In this document: piece after piece, positions 11,659-23,443 of the stretch
Layout of the letters: each line of letters opens with the position of its first letter
Position numbering within the stretch: the first letter of the stretch is position 1
DNA from: Paramecium tetraurelia
Taxonomy: Eukaryota
NCBI GenBank assembly: GCA_000165425.1
Contig: CT868196.1
Location: forward strand, 248,001-312,000
Direction: 5' to 3'
Length of the DNA stretch: 64,000 nucleotides
Translations under genes and position numbers: made by a program
Notes under the pieces: model-generated
Databases searched by the model: none
The model's input: the letters and a program-made list of their open reading frames with translations, nothing else
Told to the model about the DNA's origin: nothing

Positions 11659-12511
11659 TCACTCTTAAATTACTTAAATCCAACCTGACCTTCCAAAAGT
11701 ATTTGGATCGGCAAACAATTCCATCATTTTTAAACCCTCCCCTGCCTTGTATTATGCTTTTGGTAATAAAGTCTCAATCATCTTGTAAATATATTCCATT
11801 CCTATTGCAGATATATTTTAAGCATCCTTTTCAATGACATCAAAGAATATATCTCCAGTTCTTTGATGTCTTAATTCTAATTGTTGTTTGGACTGCTTTC
11901 TAAACATCAACAATGTTCTTTTGGTTTTTCTAAAGTATGTGTAATCTTCGTTCCAAAAAACTTAAGTGGGATCTAAATCTGGCAATTATTCTTAATTTCT
12001 CAACCCGTCTATCTTTTTTATTTCCTTTTGCTCTTTTACATTCTTCTTGCTGAAGAATTCTGTAATCTTCCTAACTTGAGGTTCTGAGGGCATTATTGTC
12101 AATATCTTTTCTAATGATAATAGAACTGTTGTGAAATTCTCGACATAATTAAATCCAAGCTTTTCCAGCTGATCAATAATTTCCATAATATTATCTTTTT
12201 CACACCAAATGAACAACATGCCATTATGCATTTATGAATCTGTCAAATTGAATTATTTCTATATCTAAACAACAATAAATTACAAATTGCTCGATCTTCA
12301 GATGCTACCCCCACTTTAGATTAATAAATATTGCTTATAAATCGTTGCCTAGCTTAGTTTCGATTGGATTAGATTCCCGCACTATTTTAAATGATTCAGG
12401 AATGGCGGGTTTTCCTTGTGGTTGATATTTAGGATCCCAACGATAATCTAATACCATTCTTAATCTATTTTGATCTTCCTTACTCTTGGTAGTAGGTTTT
12501 TTGATATTCAT
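11659..12511 (-). CDS. MT-A70-family protein with degenerate catalytic motif; MTA9/METTL14-like subunit of the ciliate 6mA methyltransferase
   Basis: DLQAIFINLKW (DPPW position), GMLFIWCEK, LEKLGFNYVE, YFRKTKRTLLMFRK, LELRHQRTGDIFFD, YIYKMIETLLP, KMMELFA, RSGW. One 25-nt intron. Confidence 0.85.
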
Positions 12512-12608
12512 ATTTAATTAATGATTTTTTTTCAAGTTCTTAAATACAAAACTAAGTAAACATAAAGTGAATCCAATTATTAATATACAACTTCTCAATT
12601 TTTTGATA

Positions 12609-13059
12609 ATGAATGATATCAATAAGTACGAATCAATGACAGTATGCATAAAATTATAAATTATTCTTGGTAATCTGTCTGAAGGAGAGTGGAAAAAACA
12701 TCAGAAATATTTTAAAAAAAAAAGATATACAAATGAAATCAGTTTGTGCATTATTGATTTTATATATGCAGGATAATTACAGGATGATCAAAGAAATGGA
12801 ATTTTTCACACATTAAATCAAAATGTATTTTAATAGTAACAACAATAAGAGGTCTAAAAGTCAATACAGAATGGATAAAAATCTAAAGTTGACGATCTTG
12901 AAAATAAAATTAATGTATTATATAATGTATAATAGGAAAGGATAGAAGAAAGAAGAAATTTTTAAATTGAATAGGATAATTGGTTATTAAAATATCTTTC
13001 AAATAGAAAAGTATCTGTCATTAAAAATAATCTAGAAGGATAATAATAGGCTTATCTGA
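12609..13059 (+). CDS. Small hypothetical protein
   Basis: ATG 12609, open in the ciliate code with two or three short introns to TGA 13057-13059. No domain recognised. Confidence 0.5.
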
Positions 13060-13138
13060 ATTTACATAACCCATTAAAGAATTTTTTAGTTAATTAAATC
13101 AATTCAAATAGTAGACTATACAATAAAATAAATTGATA

Positions 13139-16100
13139 TCATTAAAATCTAAATTTTAGTTCCTTTAATTATCTTTCTAATACTTCATTATTCATTAATG
13201 AATCAAAAGGTATCAAATGAACAACTCTTTTAATTATCTTCATTATTCTGCCTAAATAAGGAGAATAATAATAGAATAGTAAGATTTATATGCTTATGGT
13301 TAGAAAAATAAATGATATTGACAACACCTATAATAAAATATTTATAAATACTGTCAGAAATAATTTCATTTCATCAAACTATGCTTATAGACTTTTATTG
13401 AATTGATTAGCTAAAACAAAAAATATTCTACTAACAATTTGTGAACCTTCTTATTCATAATATTCCATTTCAACTCTATGAGTAAAATTGTTAATCGCTT
13501 ATTATGATTTAATTTAATTAGACATATAATTTAATGTTACAATCATCCCTTTAGCAAATGATCCATCAAACGAAATTCCACAAAATACTGATGATAAATT
13601 TTTAAATTTCTAATTATAATCATATTAAAATTACTTAATCAATTTATTGACAAAGTGAATTCGTATTAATATTTTCAACCAAGTCTATGAAATCTTAATC
13701 AATTAAATAATGATCATAATTTATGGTGTTTGATATTTAGATATAATTTGAAATAGCATTTTAAGCTTTATTAATTAAATCATAAAGTTCTAATTTATTG
13801 CTTTCTGTAAGAAAAGTAAAGTTCTGCCATCTGAAAAATATTTCTCTGTATAAGAATAAATTACCTGATCTCAATTTCATTTCTTAAACCTATTCATATA
13901 ATTAGAGAGTATCATCATATTTACTAAAAAAAAGGGTTGTAGATGAAATGCTCAATACTGAAAAAATAAGAATAATAGACAATAACAATAGAAGAAATAC
14001 TATATTAAAAATTTTAATTAAGCTTCTCGTTTTATTTACAGCTGAATAGCTCTATTTATATTTATGAAACTAATTTTAATGTTTCTAAAGATTTAAGGGT
14101 TTCTTTAAATGTTATTATAGTTGATTTTCAGGGTTATACATAAATAGGATATCAGTATTATGTTTAATTGAATCTATTAAATCATCAAATCTTTGAATTT
14201 CATTATTCAAAATTGATTCATCTATTAGAAATATAAGCTAGATAAATTAATCCAATTGCGAGAAAAACTAAATCTAGAAAAACTACAAATAGACATAAAA
14301 TATTAGCAAAGCCAAATCAAAAGTTACCCATAGCACTATTAGTTTGTTATCCATATCCTTATGCATATGAATTGCATAATCATACATTGAAATTGTTAAT
14401 TTTTCACATTCTTTATGAAGCATAAAATAATTAGCAAACAGTGATATTTAATATGGTTACCCTTATGTACTTTATCGATGATTAAATGTTATCATTTGGG
14501 AATGTTAATATTATAATATAATGAATAAAGCATCTCTAAAGGAAATTTCAAGCTCATATATTTCTGTTTCATTTTAATTCATAAAATTCATAGTAACATT
14601 CACATCATTTAAAAAGCTTTTAATATTTTGATTGTTTAATTAATCATATAGACTATCTCTTAGTTCTGTATATCCTAATTAAATTGACTCGTAGTATGGC
14701 TCTGTTAATTATGACAATTGATTGCTTGGTAGAAAACCCTCTCTGTTCATTTATTAATAGCCAGTTATTGTGACTCTCATTGAAAAAAATAAATCATGAG
14801 GTCCCATAATGGAAGCATAAAATGATGTCATAAATTCAAAGGATAAAAAGTTGTCTAAATCATATATAAGTTGTATGTATTATACTATTATAAAAATAAT
14901 AAAAAATGACAACCAAATGTTGAATAGAAACATAAATTTGGTTTGATATTTTGATGGACTAATTGATAAAATTTACTGTAGCAATTCATAATGTTAATGA
15001 ATTTTATCAGATTCCTGAGAACTTTCTTTCGATCTTAACATAGATGATTGAAATTATGAGTTCTCCTTTTTATCATAGCTTTAGAAACTTAATTGATTGT
15101 TAAAGCCTGGAGATTTGATGTTCTATTTAATTAAACTATTTCTTTGAGTTATCAACTATTATTCACTTTAATTAATAGTTTCTTCTCTTCTTGAATTAAG
15201 AACCGGAGAGTTGTTAACAAATATGACTGGATTTACTTATAACAATAAAGGTTTAGCGATGTTTTAAATAGAACCAATTTATTATTAATTTATAAAATTT
15301 ACACTATTTAAATTTCCAATATGAGGTGAATCATCTTATTAATCGATAATGCAATCTAAAAGGATTGGTTAATTTAAAGACTCTTATTTTATAGAGTTTA
15401 AGGATACTCTTTGATGAACTTATGAAAACTCTCGAACCCTATTGAATTCAGCCATTTTTATAATATCCAATATATAATAACAATAACTACCTATTTACTT
15501 TCTTGATATTAATATATCACATTCAATATTATATAATCTTAAATTCTATCTAGCTTTGTCAGGAGATATTTTTATTTCGCTCTGCATTGAATCAAAACTA
15601 CTTTAAGGGGAAGGTAAGTACAAATTAACTGAACTTAATTTTATCTCCTTTTCTTAATGTTCCATTAGAAGGGTCATGAAATTTGGAAAAATTTGTGAAA
15701 TTTCAACTTAAGTAAATACTTTTAAAGTACTTAAGAATTTAATTTCGGACTCAGTCCATCCTATTAAAATTAGTAAATTTTTTGTAAATATGCATTTCAT
15801 ATTTTCTCCATCAATAACTAAAAATGCCTTATCTTGTGTGGCTTCTTATAAAAAAACTGCTAAGGTCATATTCCTGCTTTTGAATAGACTAGTAATAGAG
15901 TGACACATATTTACAGTTGTTAATATTTCTTGATTATTCATAACAAAGTTGATTTAGAAAGCATTATAATATTTACTAGTTCCATTTTCAATAAACTATT
16001 TAACATATAAATTATGATATGGAATCAAAAATTCTGGTAATAAATGTTCAAAAGATCTTTTCTTTTCATTATTTGATCCATAATTATCATAAAAGTTTTA

Positions 16101-17291
16101 TGATTGGGCTATCAAAGTCAGATTCTACATATCTTCGCATAATTCCAAAATTGCAAAATGTATATTTTTTTGATTAATATTAAAATTGATTATTTATTAA
16201 AATTTATTCAATTCTACTTCTAAGCATTTTGAATTTTTATAAAATAATATTGATTTATGGTAATTTGATAAAATCTGCATTTGGGTCAGTTTAATCCGTG
16301 GCGGTNNNNNNNNNNNNNNNNNNNNNNNNNNNNNNNNNNNNNNNNNNNNNNNNNNNNNNNNNNNNNNNNNNNNNNNNNNNNNNNNNNNNNNNNNNNNNNN
16401 NNNNNNNNNNNNNNNNNNNNNNNNNNNNNNNNNNNNNNNNNNNNNNNNNNNNNNNTAAAAAAGGTCTTGAAGTATATAACTAAAATGAATCAATAAATCC
16501 AAAATCAGAATTAATTGTTAACATAATAAAATAGCGCTGACAATATATTCAACATGGAGTTAATCAAATTCTATAACAATAATTGATTAAGTGATGATAA
16601 ATGCTTATTATATATATCTATAGATAGTATTCCCTAGCTTTTCCAATCCATATACTTTGTTGGTAATTGTACATTCATTTATTATGATTGTTCCTATAGA
16701 ATCTATAAACAAAAGTATTATTGTTATAATATTTAATGTAACCAGTAAAAAACCAACATTTTCTAATTATTCTAATTATTTTGATAAGCATGTTAAACAA
16801 ATGAAATTCATTTCCAAATATAAATAAGATCCAACTAACTATTAATAGAAATTGAGGAAATAGCAAAAAAGTTTAAGGAAAAAGGAATTTTCAGCCTGTT
16901 TGATAAATTTTTATGATTTTTCCTAAATAAAACAATATTAACTAAAAATAATTAATCCAATTTTGTGAATTAAAATTACAAATGTCACAACTAAAAATGC
17001 ATATTCATCATAATTGCTAAATATGGTAATTAATTTTATTGATGGTCTAAATAAAATCTAAAGAAATTCATAAACATATGAATTGCTTAGTTCAGACGAT
17101 TTTTCCATTCTCAAAGTCAGAGTTGAAACTAAATTTGTATTTTCCAATTCAAAAAGAAAAAATAATGGCTATAAATTCGACATAAATATCAACAGGGCAC
17201 TAAATTGTTTTTAAAAATCAAATTTAACTTTCAAAACATACATTGCTAAGATTAAATTTTAGAAGTTAAATGTTTGATTTTCTTTTTGCAT
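13139..17291 (-). CDS. Large multi-pass membrane protein with PAS-like domain (expanded ciliate TmcB/PAS-type family); spans an assembly gap
   Basis: N-terminal hydrophobic helices; PAS-like SFEHLLPEFLIPYHNLYVKQFIENG; C-terminal TM pairs ending LKRVVHLIPFDSLMNNEVLERQL. Confidence 0.75.
16306..16455. other. Assembly gap (150 N)
   Basis: Run of N. Confidence 0.99.
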
Positions 17292-18062
17292 TTTTTATTT
17301 TATATATTATAAATTACGCTATCAATATTTCTCATATATGATTAATAATAAATTTAATACTACAAATATACATTTAATCCAGATTTCTATCTCAAGAAAT
17401 TTTTAAATCAATAAATCCAACATTTCTAAATTGTTTAAAATAAGATATTAACATTAACTTATCTAATCATATCCATTTTTTAAACATAACAAGAGAATTT
17501 TCTATGTTTTTAAGTGGAATTCTAATTCGAAAAGCTTATTATCCTCTGTTTTTTGGAAAATCATTCTTTTGAGAAATTATTTTAAGTTGAGAGAATTTTT
17601 TAAATAAAGAAGTTCTAGATTACTTTTAATACAAAATTTCTTTTATTGATTTTTGAATTAATATTAAGATAATGAAAATCGTGTCGATGAGTGAATTTGA
17701 AAACTAAAATAATTGGTTAATTTTTCTAATAGAGTGCAATTGCCCAATTTTAATTAAATGTTTGTTCAAATCTCTAGCAATTAAAATTCCTTTTTGATAA
17801 CATAATTCATTGATTTTTTGGTATGTAATTTATCTATGTCAACGAAGCAACCTGATTAGATGCATATCATTTATTTAATTAAAATGTCAAAATTGTTTAA
17901 TCTAAATTTAATCTATATGATGGAGAATTCTAGAATAATGTTAAAATTAGTTGGAGAATGAAATGAATTAGATTTAATTATAATTCTGGGACTGAGACTC
18001 AGAAATATTGAATTCTCTATGTAAACTAATTAAACTTAATACTAAATATTTTATTAATAAAT

Positions 18063-19802
18063 ATGAACAATAGTCAAAGAGGTGTAGAAAATAGACCAAA
18101 TTCATAACAAAATTCCTAAGATATTTCTTAGTAGGAAATTCAAATCAATCAGAACCCACAAAATAATAATAATACTTTGAACCAACTTATTTAAGTTCTT
18201 AATAACTAAACAAACCTTCCAATTGATTAATTCAAAATAATGGTTGATTCTATTGTAATTGATAAGCAATTTTTGTTGTTAACATTAAACCCAAAAGGGA
18301 AGTACTTTTAAACTTTGAGAAAGCTCATATTATTAATAGTTGGATTCTTAACTCTTCAGTTTTATTAACTTCTATATTTATTCACTTAAGATTAAATTAC
18401 TTAAGGACATGATGATAATCATTCAAAATTAATGTATTGATATTTGAAATTTAGCTTACGACCCCAAGAGCATATAAAGAATAAGAACTCCTCCAGAAGT
18501 CATTTATATTTGGAAGAATAAATAAACCAACTCATACTTGTTATTGCAATTAGGATTGCTTACATAGTGATATCCTACGTAATTGTATATAGTATCAGAC
18601 CTCTATGTTTACATTATTCAAATAAAAATGTATATAATTTATTAATTTAAGTTATTACTATTCTCTCTTTTGCTTATGTCTGGCACTTACTTTATTCAAG
18701 GAACTCAATGTAATCTCTATCCAAATTATGGATCTTTACATTTTGAAGATATCGGAAAAATTAATAAAACAAAAATCTATTTGGATAATTTGATATTCTT
18801 TGGCTGCTTTTTTGTACAGGGGATGTCATCTGCAAGCATTTTTTATTTATTAATCGAATAGATTTAGTTTATTTTGAAGAAAAATTAAAGATTAATCTTT
18901 TACAATGATTTTCTATTAGTAATTGTGGAATTTATTGTTGTCTCTTCAGTCTTACATATGATTTTTAAAGAACAATATATTTTTAATCTTATCATAATGT
19001 GGATTCCATTTTCCTTGATTACCCTATTTGCTTATTTCACTTTGCAAGATTCGCCTCTATGTATTTTAACTCGCCTTTCTTATTATGAAGAAATATCTAG
19101 ATAAAATTAATAAATTCTAAAGAAATAATAAGTTGCCTTAAATAAGATTGAAACCTTATTAACAGAATTTCACTAAAATATGAACTCTATCTATTCAGTA
19201 AATTTTCCAAATAAGGTATATTTTTCTGAAGAGTAAGTTTCATTACTACTTAGTAAATTCTAAATCAAACCAAGTAATAAATAAGAACCACGACTTATTG
19301 TTAATTTCATAATGTTTGCATTAAGTTTTTTATATTTTGGACATTTATTTAAACTAAATGCATTTGTTAATCAATTCCAATGGACAATTGAAACCCTAGC
19401 CTTAATATTGTCCATATTTGAATTATTAGGATATTTCATTGGAAATTATTGTATAAGTGAATTGTACAACGAATAATTGTTAAGGAAATTATTGATGACA
19501 TTTGGACTAATCAATTTTTTAAGTTCTTTGCCTAGTTTTTAATCAATACATAGCTAGTTTTAAAGTTAAGTAGAGTTCTTTTCCATTTTAATTGTTCGAC
19601 TATTGTTTTCTTTAGCGATAAAAGCATTTCTGATGTAAAAAATGTTAATATCTTTAGATAATTCTCAAATTATAAACTCAACTTTGGGTTTTTGGTATTA
19701 GGACTATTATTTGCGAATATCAATTTATTATAGATTCAACTATTCTAGGTTGTAGTTGCAACTATTCTTTTATTCGCTTACCATTTATCTAAACAATTTT
19801 GA
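18063..19802 (+). CDS. Divergent MFS / organic-cation-transporter-like membrane protein
   Basis: Q/N-rich N-terminus, then many hydrophobic helices; FFGCFFVQGMSSASIFYLLIE and YFTLQDSPL (ESP-like motif). Confidence 0.6.
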
Positions 19803-19877
19803 ATAGTATCGAATTTATTTAATACTATAAAATAATAAAGTTATATTATAAATCAAACAAGTCAAATTAATAGATTA

Positions 19878-20655
19878 TCAGAAATATTTATTTATAGAAT
19901 CTGGTAATTATTTACAATATGGGCAAACCTTGGTTTTGTTCATTGGCATTTTTAGCCATTTTAAAACACAATCTTAATGAAAAGTATGCTTCCCTTAACA
20001 TTGATATTCAGCAACAAAATCTTTGGCTCTAAATTCTTCATAACATATAGAACAAATCTCCAATGTACTCAATGAAATTTCATTAAGCTCCTCGATTTTT
20101 ATAAAGCTTTCTTTGAATTCAACAATGGTTTGTTCTTCTAGGGCATTCTCCAATCGTCCTGTGATAAATATACGATTTAATAAATATCCAAAAACTGAAT
20201 ATCTGAGAATTTTTCTATTTATCTATATATATTTACTTAATATTTTATGTTTCTTCTAAGGCTTCTCCAAAAAAATCACAAATAACCAATAAAATACCTG
20301 CAAAATATAAAACATTTATCAAATATTAATTGATATTTAAATATTGGTGTAATTTATACTGCAATAAAGTTCTCAGTTAAATAATTTAATCCTTTTTATT
20401 ATGTTCCTATTTCAATGTTATTAATTGAGGTATGAAAAGAACATACAGGAAGATAGCACATAGATTACTAATAAATAGTAGGAATAAATATGAGCATTTA
20501 AACCATGCTGCTGAATATGGTAATTTTTCATTCATCAAGTTATCAATATAAAATAAACAGAGGATGATGCTGAAAAGTAAATTATTGCCATCTTGTTTGA
20601 TTAGGTACTTCCTTGATGAATTTGGAGCTATAAGTAATCTTTGTATATTTTCCAT
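19878..20655 (-). CDS. Transmembrane RING-H2 E3 ligase
   Basis: N-terminal TM helices; CSICYEEF..CQGKHTFHQDCVLKWL..CPYCK. Confidence 0.85.
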
Positions 20656-20849
20656 TAATAATATTAAAATTGCATATTAATTATAATTGTTTTATTTATA
20701 ATATAATGCTCTCCTTGCCTTTAGAAATAGGTTATAATTCATAAACGAAGAATATATATCATATAAAGGAATATCAATTATATTCAAAAGTAGAAATCAA
20801 AAAAAAATTAAATTGATTTACATTAAATATTTTGTAAATATAATAACCA

Positions 20850-21322
20850 ATGGTAAATTGTGAATCGATATAATTAGTAAAACGAATATCCAGAAAGAGC
20901 ATAGCCATTAGCTAATGAAGAAGTTGAACCTCAAATTTTAGAACTTGCCTAGTAGGCAGCAGCTCTAAAATAAGTATAATTTTGCATAAATCATTAGTTA
21001 AAAAAAGGAGCGAATGAAACCACAAAAACTTTAAATAGAGGTATTGCTGAGTTGGTCATTATTGCAGCTGATACAACACCATTAGAAATAGTACTTCATT
21101 TGCCTTTGCTTTGTGAAGATAAGGTATGCTTTTTTAAGTTAAATCAATTAGAATGTTCCATATGTATTTGTTAAGAGCAAGGTTGATTTAGGTAGAATGT
21201 GTGGTACAAGCAGAAATGTAGTTGCATGCTCAGTGATTAAAGATAAAAACTCAAGAATTAACTAAAATATCACATACTTAAAAGATTTGTGTGAAAGATT
21301 ATAAATCAACTAAGAAGCATGA
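20850..21322 (+). CDS. SNU13: Snu13 / 15.5 kDa (L7Ae family) K-turn-binding snoRNP and U4 protein
   Basis: ATG followed at once by an intron (20853-20877). [66 protein letters not shown]. Three introns in total. Confidence 0.95.
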
Positions 21323-21633
21323 TCAATATTAAAATATTTGATGAACATAAATAATTTATACTTTTATAGTAAGTAACATAAACAGATAATATATATCTGA
21401 TGAATTATTTAACCATAATTATCTATAAACTAACTACATTATCATTAAAGAAATTATAATAATAAATTAACCTTTCAAAAATAAATCAAACTTTGATCCC
21501 ATCTAAATCAATGGAGTTCTGAAAAAATGCTAGCCTAGAATAAATTTCATAATTTCTACTGTTGAATAAAAGTTTTCAGTTGATATCATCCTTAAAATTC
21601 ATAAAAAATATCAATTTTTTAAATAATAAAAAA

Positions 21634-21713
21634 TGTTGACGGCGAGGTTCGAACTCGCGCCCTTTCGGAATGGAGCCTTAATCCACCGCCTTAGACCACT
21701 CGGCCACGTCAAC
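21634..21713 (-). tRNA. tRNA-Leu (anticodon AAG)
   Basis: Reverse complement GTTGACG TGGCCGAGTGGTCTAAGGC G GTGGA-TTAAGGC-TCCAT, long variable arm, GCGAG-TTCGAAC-CTCGC CGTCAAC A, then a T-run. Confidence 0.97.
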
Positions 21714-21900
21714 TTGTATTGACAATTACTTTCAGAATAGCATAAAAAGGGGTACGTTTTCAGAACAAATTACCTGTAAAAAAAATAAAAACAATAAAAC
21801 ACTTAAAAAATATAAAAGATATCAATATCTAATTATTTTGAAATATTTGAAAACTATATTCTTAATTGTATTGATGGGGATCAACTTAATTAAATGTATT

Positions 21901-21902
<2 letters not shown>

Positions 21903-21953
<51 letters not shown>
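21903..21953 (+). repeat. (TAA)17 microsatellite
   Basis: Perfect trinucleotide run; its last A is the A of the next ATG. Confidence 0.95.
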
Positions 21954-21955
<2 letters not shown>

Positions 21956-23262
21956 TTATTTCTTTTTATAATTGTTAGGTAATGTGCTTAAAACATAATA
22001 GTTTAACCTACGCAGCGACATTAATAAAGCCGGTGACCATCATCAATGTATTTAAACAATATCTAGCTATAGTCATTCGATTCATCTTGCAGTAGCGCTG
22101 GAGAATGTTGTGCATGTTCAAAAACAGGGTATTGTTCTTAAAATCAATCATGTGCATGTACAGCATCTTCAGGTAGTCAAATGTCAGGTTAAACTTGTTT
22201 ATTGAACTCAACAGAAAATGCAGCTGTTGAAAAATAGTTATAAAGTGGAGCAGATGAGTCGTTGATAGCAAGGTTAATATGATGAAATATATTAGTTTCT
22301 CTGTCATCTAAGTTTATGATTTATTGAACAGAAATTCAACTTTGACATATAAACAATTATTTGCTATATATGAATTAGGAATTACTACAGCACAAAGCAG
22401 TGTGTAGTAAAGCGAAATATATTGGTTTTTAAAAAGCATCGAATTCATTACAAAGAAATTAAAAGCAATTCAAACATTAGAAGCAAGTGCTCTTTAGACA
22501 TTTTAAATACAAATTATGGATTTAATTAGATCTTTAATGTTTAAATATATTGATTTAGATTCCAAAAAAAATCCGATCTTCTTTGAATAAGGCTATTTCA
22601 GTGCTATAGTAGCTAAATGGAAAGATACTAGTAAATAGTTATAATATATTTCTCATAGTAAATTATACAACTATGAAATTAAACTCCAAATCAATTAAAT
22701 CAGCTCAATGTGAGTACAAATATAAATCTGTATTGATTAGGGTATGACATTGTGATTTATTTATAGTATAAATTAGTGCTTGCAGTATCCAATGATATGA
22801 TCGATGCATTCACAAATTCAACATTTACTTATAATTCTACAGTTATATATTGTTAATTTATGGATAAATATGGTGATATTTATTATCCTCCTTCCTCTGA
22901 ATTTCATTATTGGCATTATGTACCAAACTTTGACTATGAGCCATTGTTGGAATTATCAGATGTGATAGGTTTGGGATGCTTTTAAGTACTCCAAAATATT
23001 AATCTAGATCAAACAATCCAATTCAGTCTATGGTTTGGCATACAATAATCAAGATTGTTAATACAAAGAAATAACTTCATCTAGACCAGTACCATACTGT
23101 TAATGCAACGAACCTGGAATTACTTTTGTTTAGGTCCTATGGAATGATAATAAGATAGCCCAACTTGCTCTGGCTGCAGGAACATCAAATTCCACTAATT
23201 CAACAGAAGCATACGGACATTTATTGATCATTACATATTTAGCCATATAAATTATATTATGA
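21953..23262 (+). CDS. Secreted, probably GPI-anchored surface protein with EGF-like Cys cluster and GAIN/GPS-like region
   Basis: Signal peptide MLFLFIIVSLTYA; CSSAGECCACSKTGYCSQNQSCAC..TC; C-terminal GC..NNQDC..YCQCNEPGITF; tail TSNSTNSTEAYGHLLIITYLAIQIIL*. About six short introns. Confidence 0.7.
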
Positions 23263-23443
23263 TCATTATTATTATATTCAAAAATTCTATTTATTTACTT
23301 TGCTATAAGAAAAATCAAACGTTGTATTTTATTTTTGAATTTAGTGGGTATTATGAATTTAAAAGGTCCTATTGTTGGATGTCCCTGTTCTTTTATAGGA
23401 AGATCTTCTTTAATTATCTCTTTCTAAATCGCTAAATCGATAT

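Noticed and set aside
16281..16502. ORFs and a GC-rich tag (CCGTGGCGGT) at the first N gap; likewise the ORF at 27542-27727
   Set aside because: Artefacts of N runs and low-quality contig ends.
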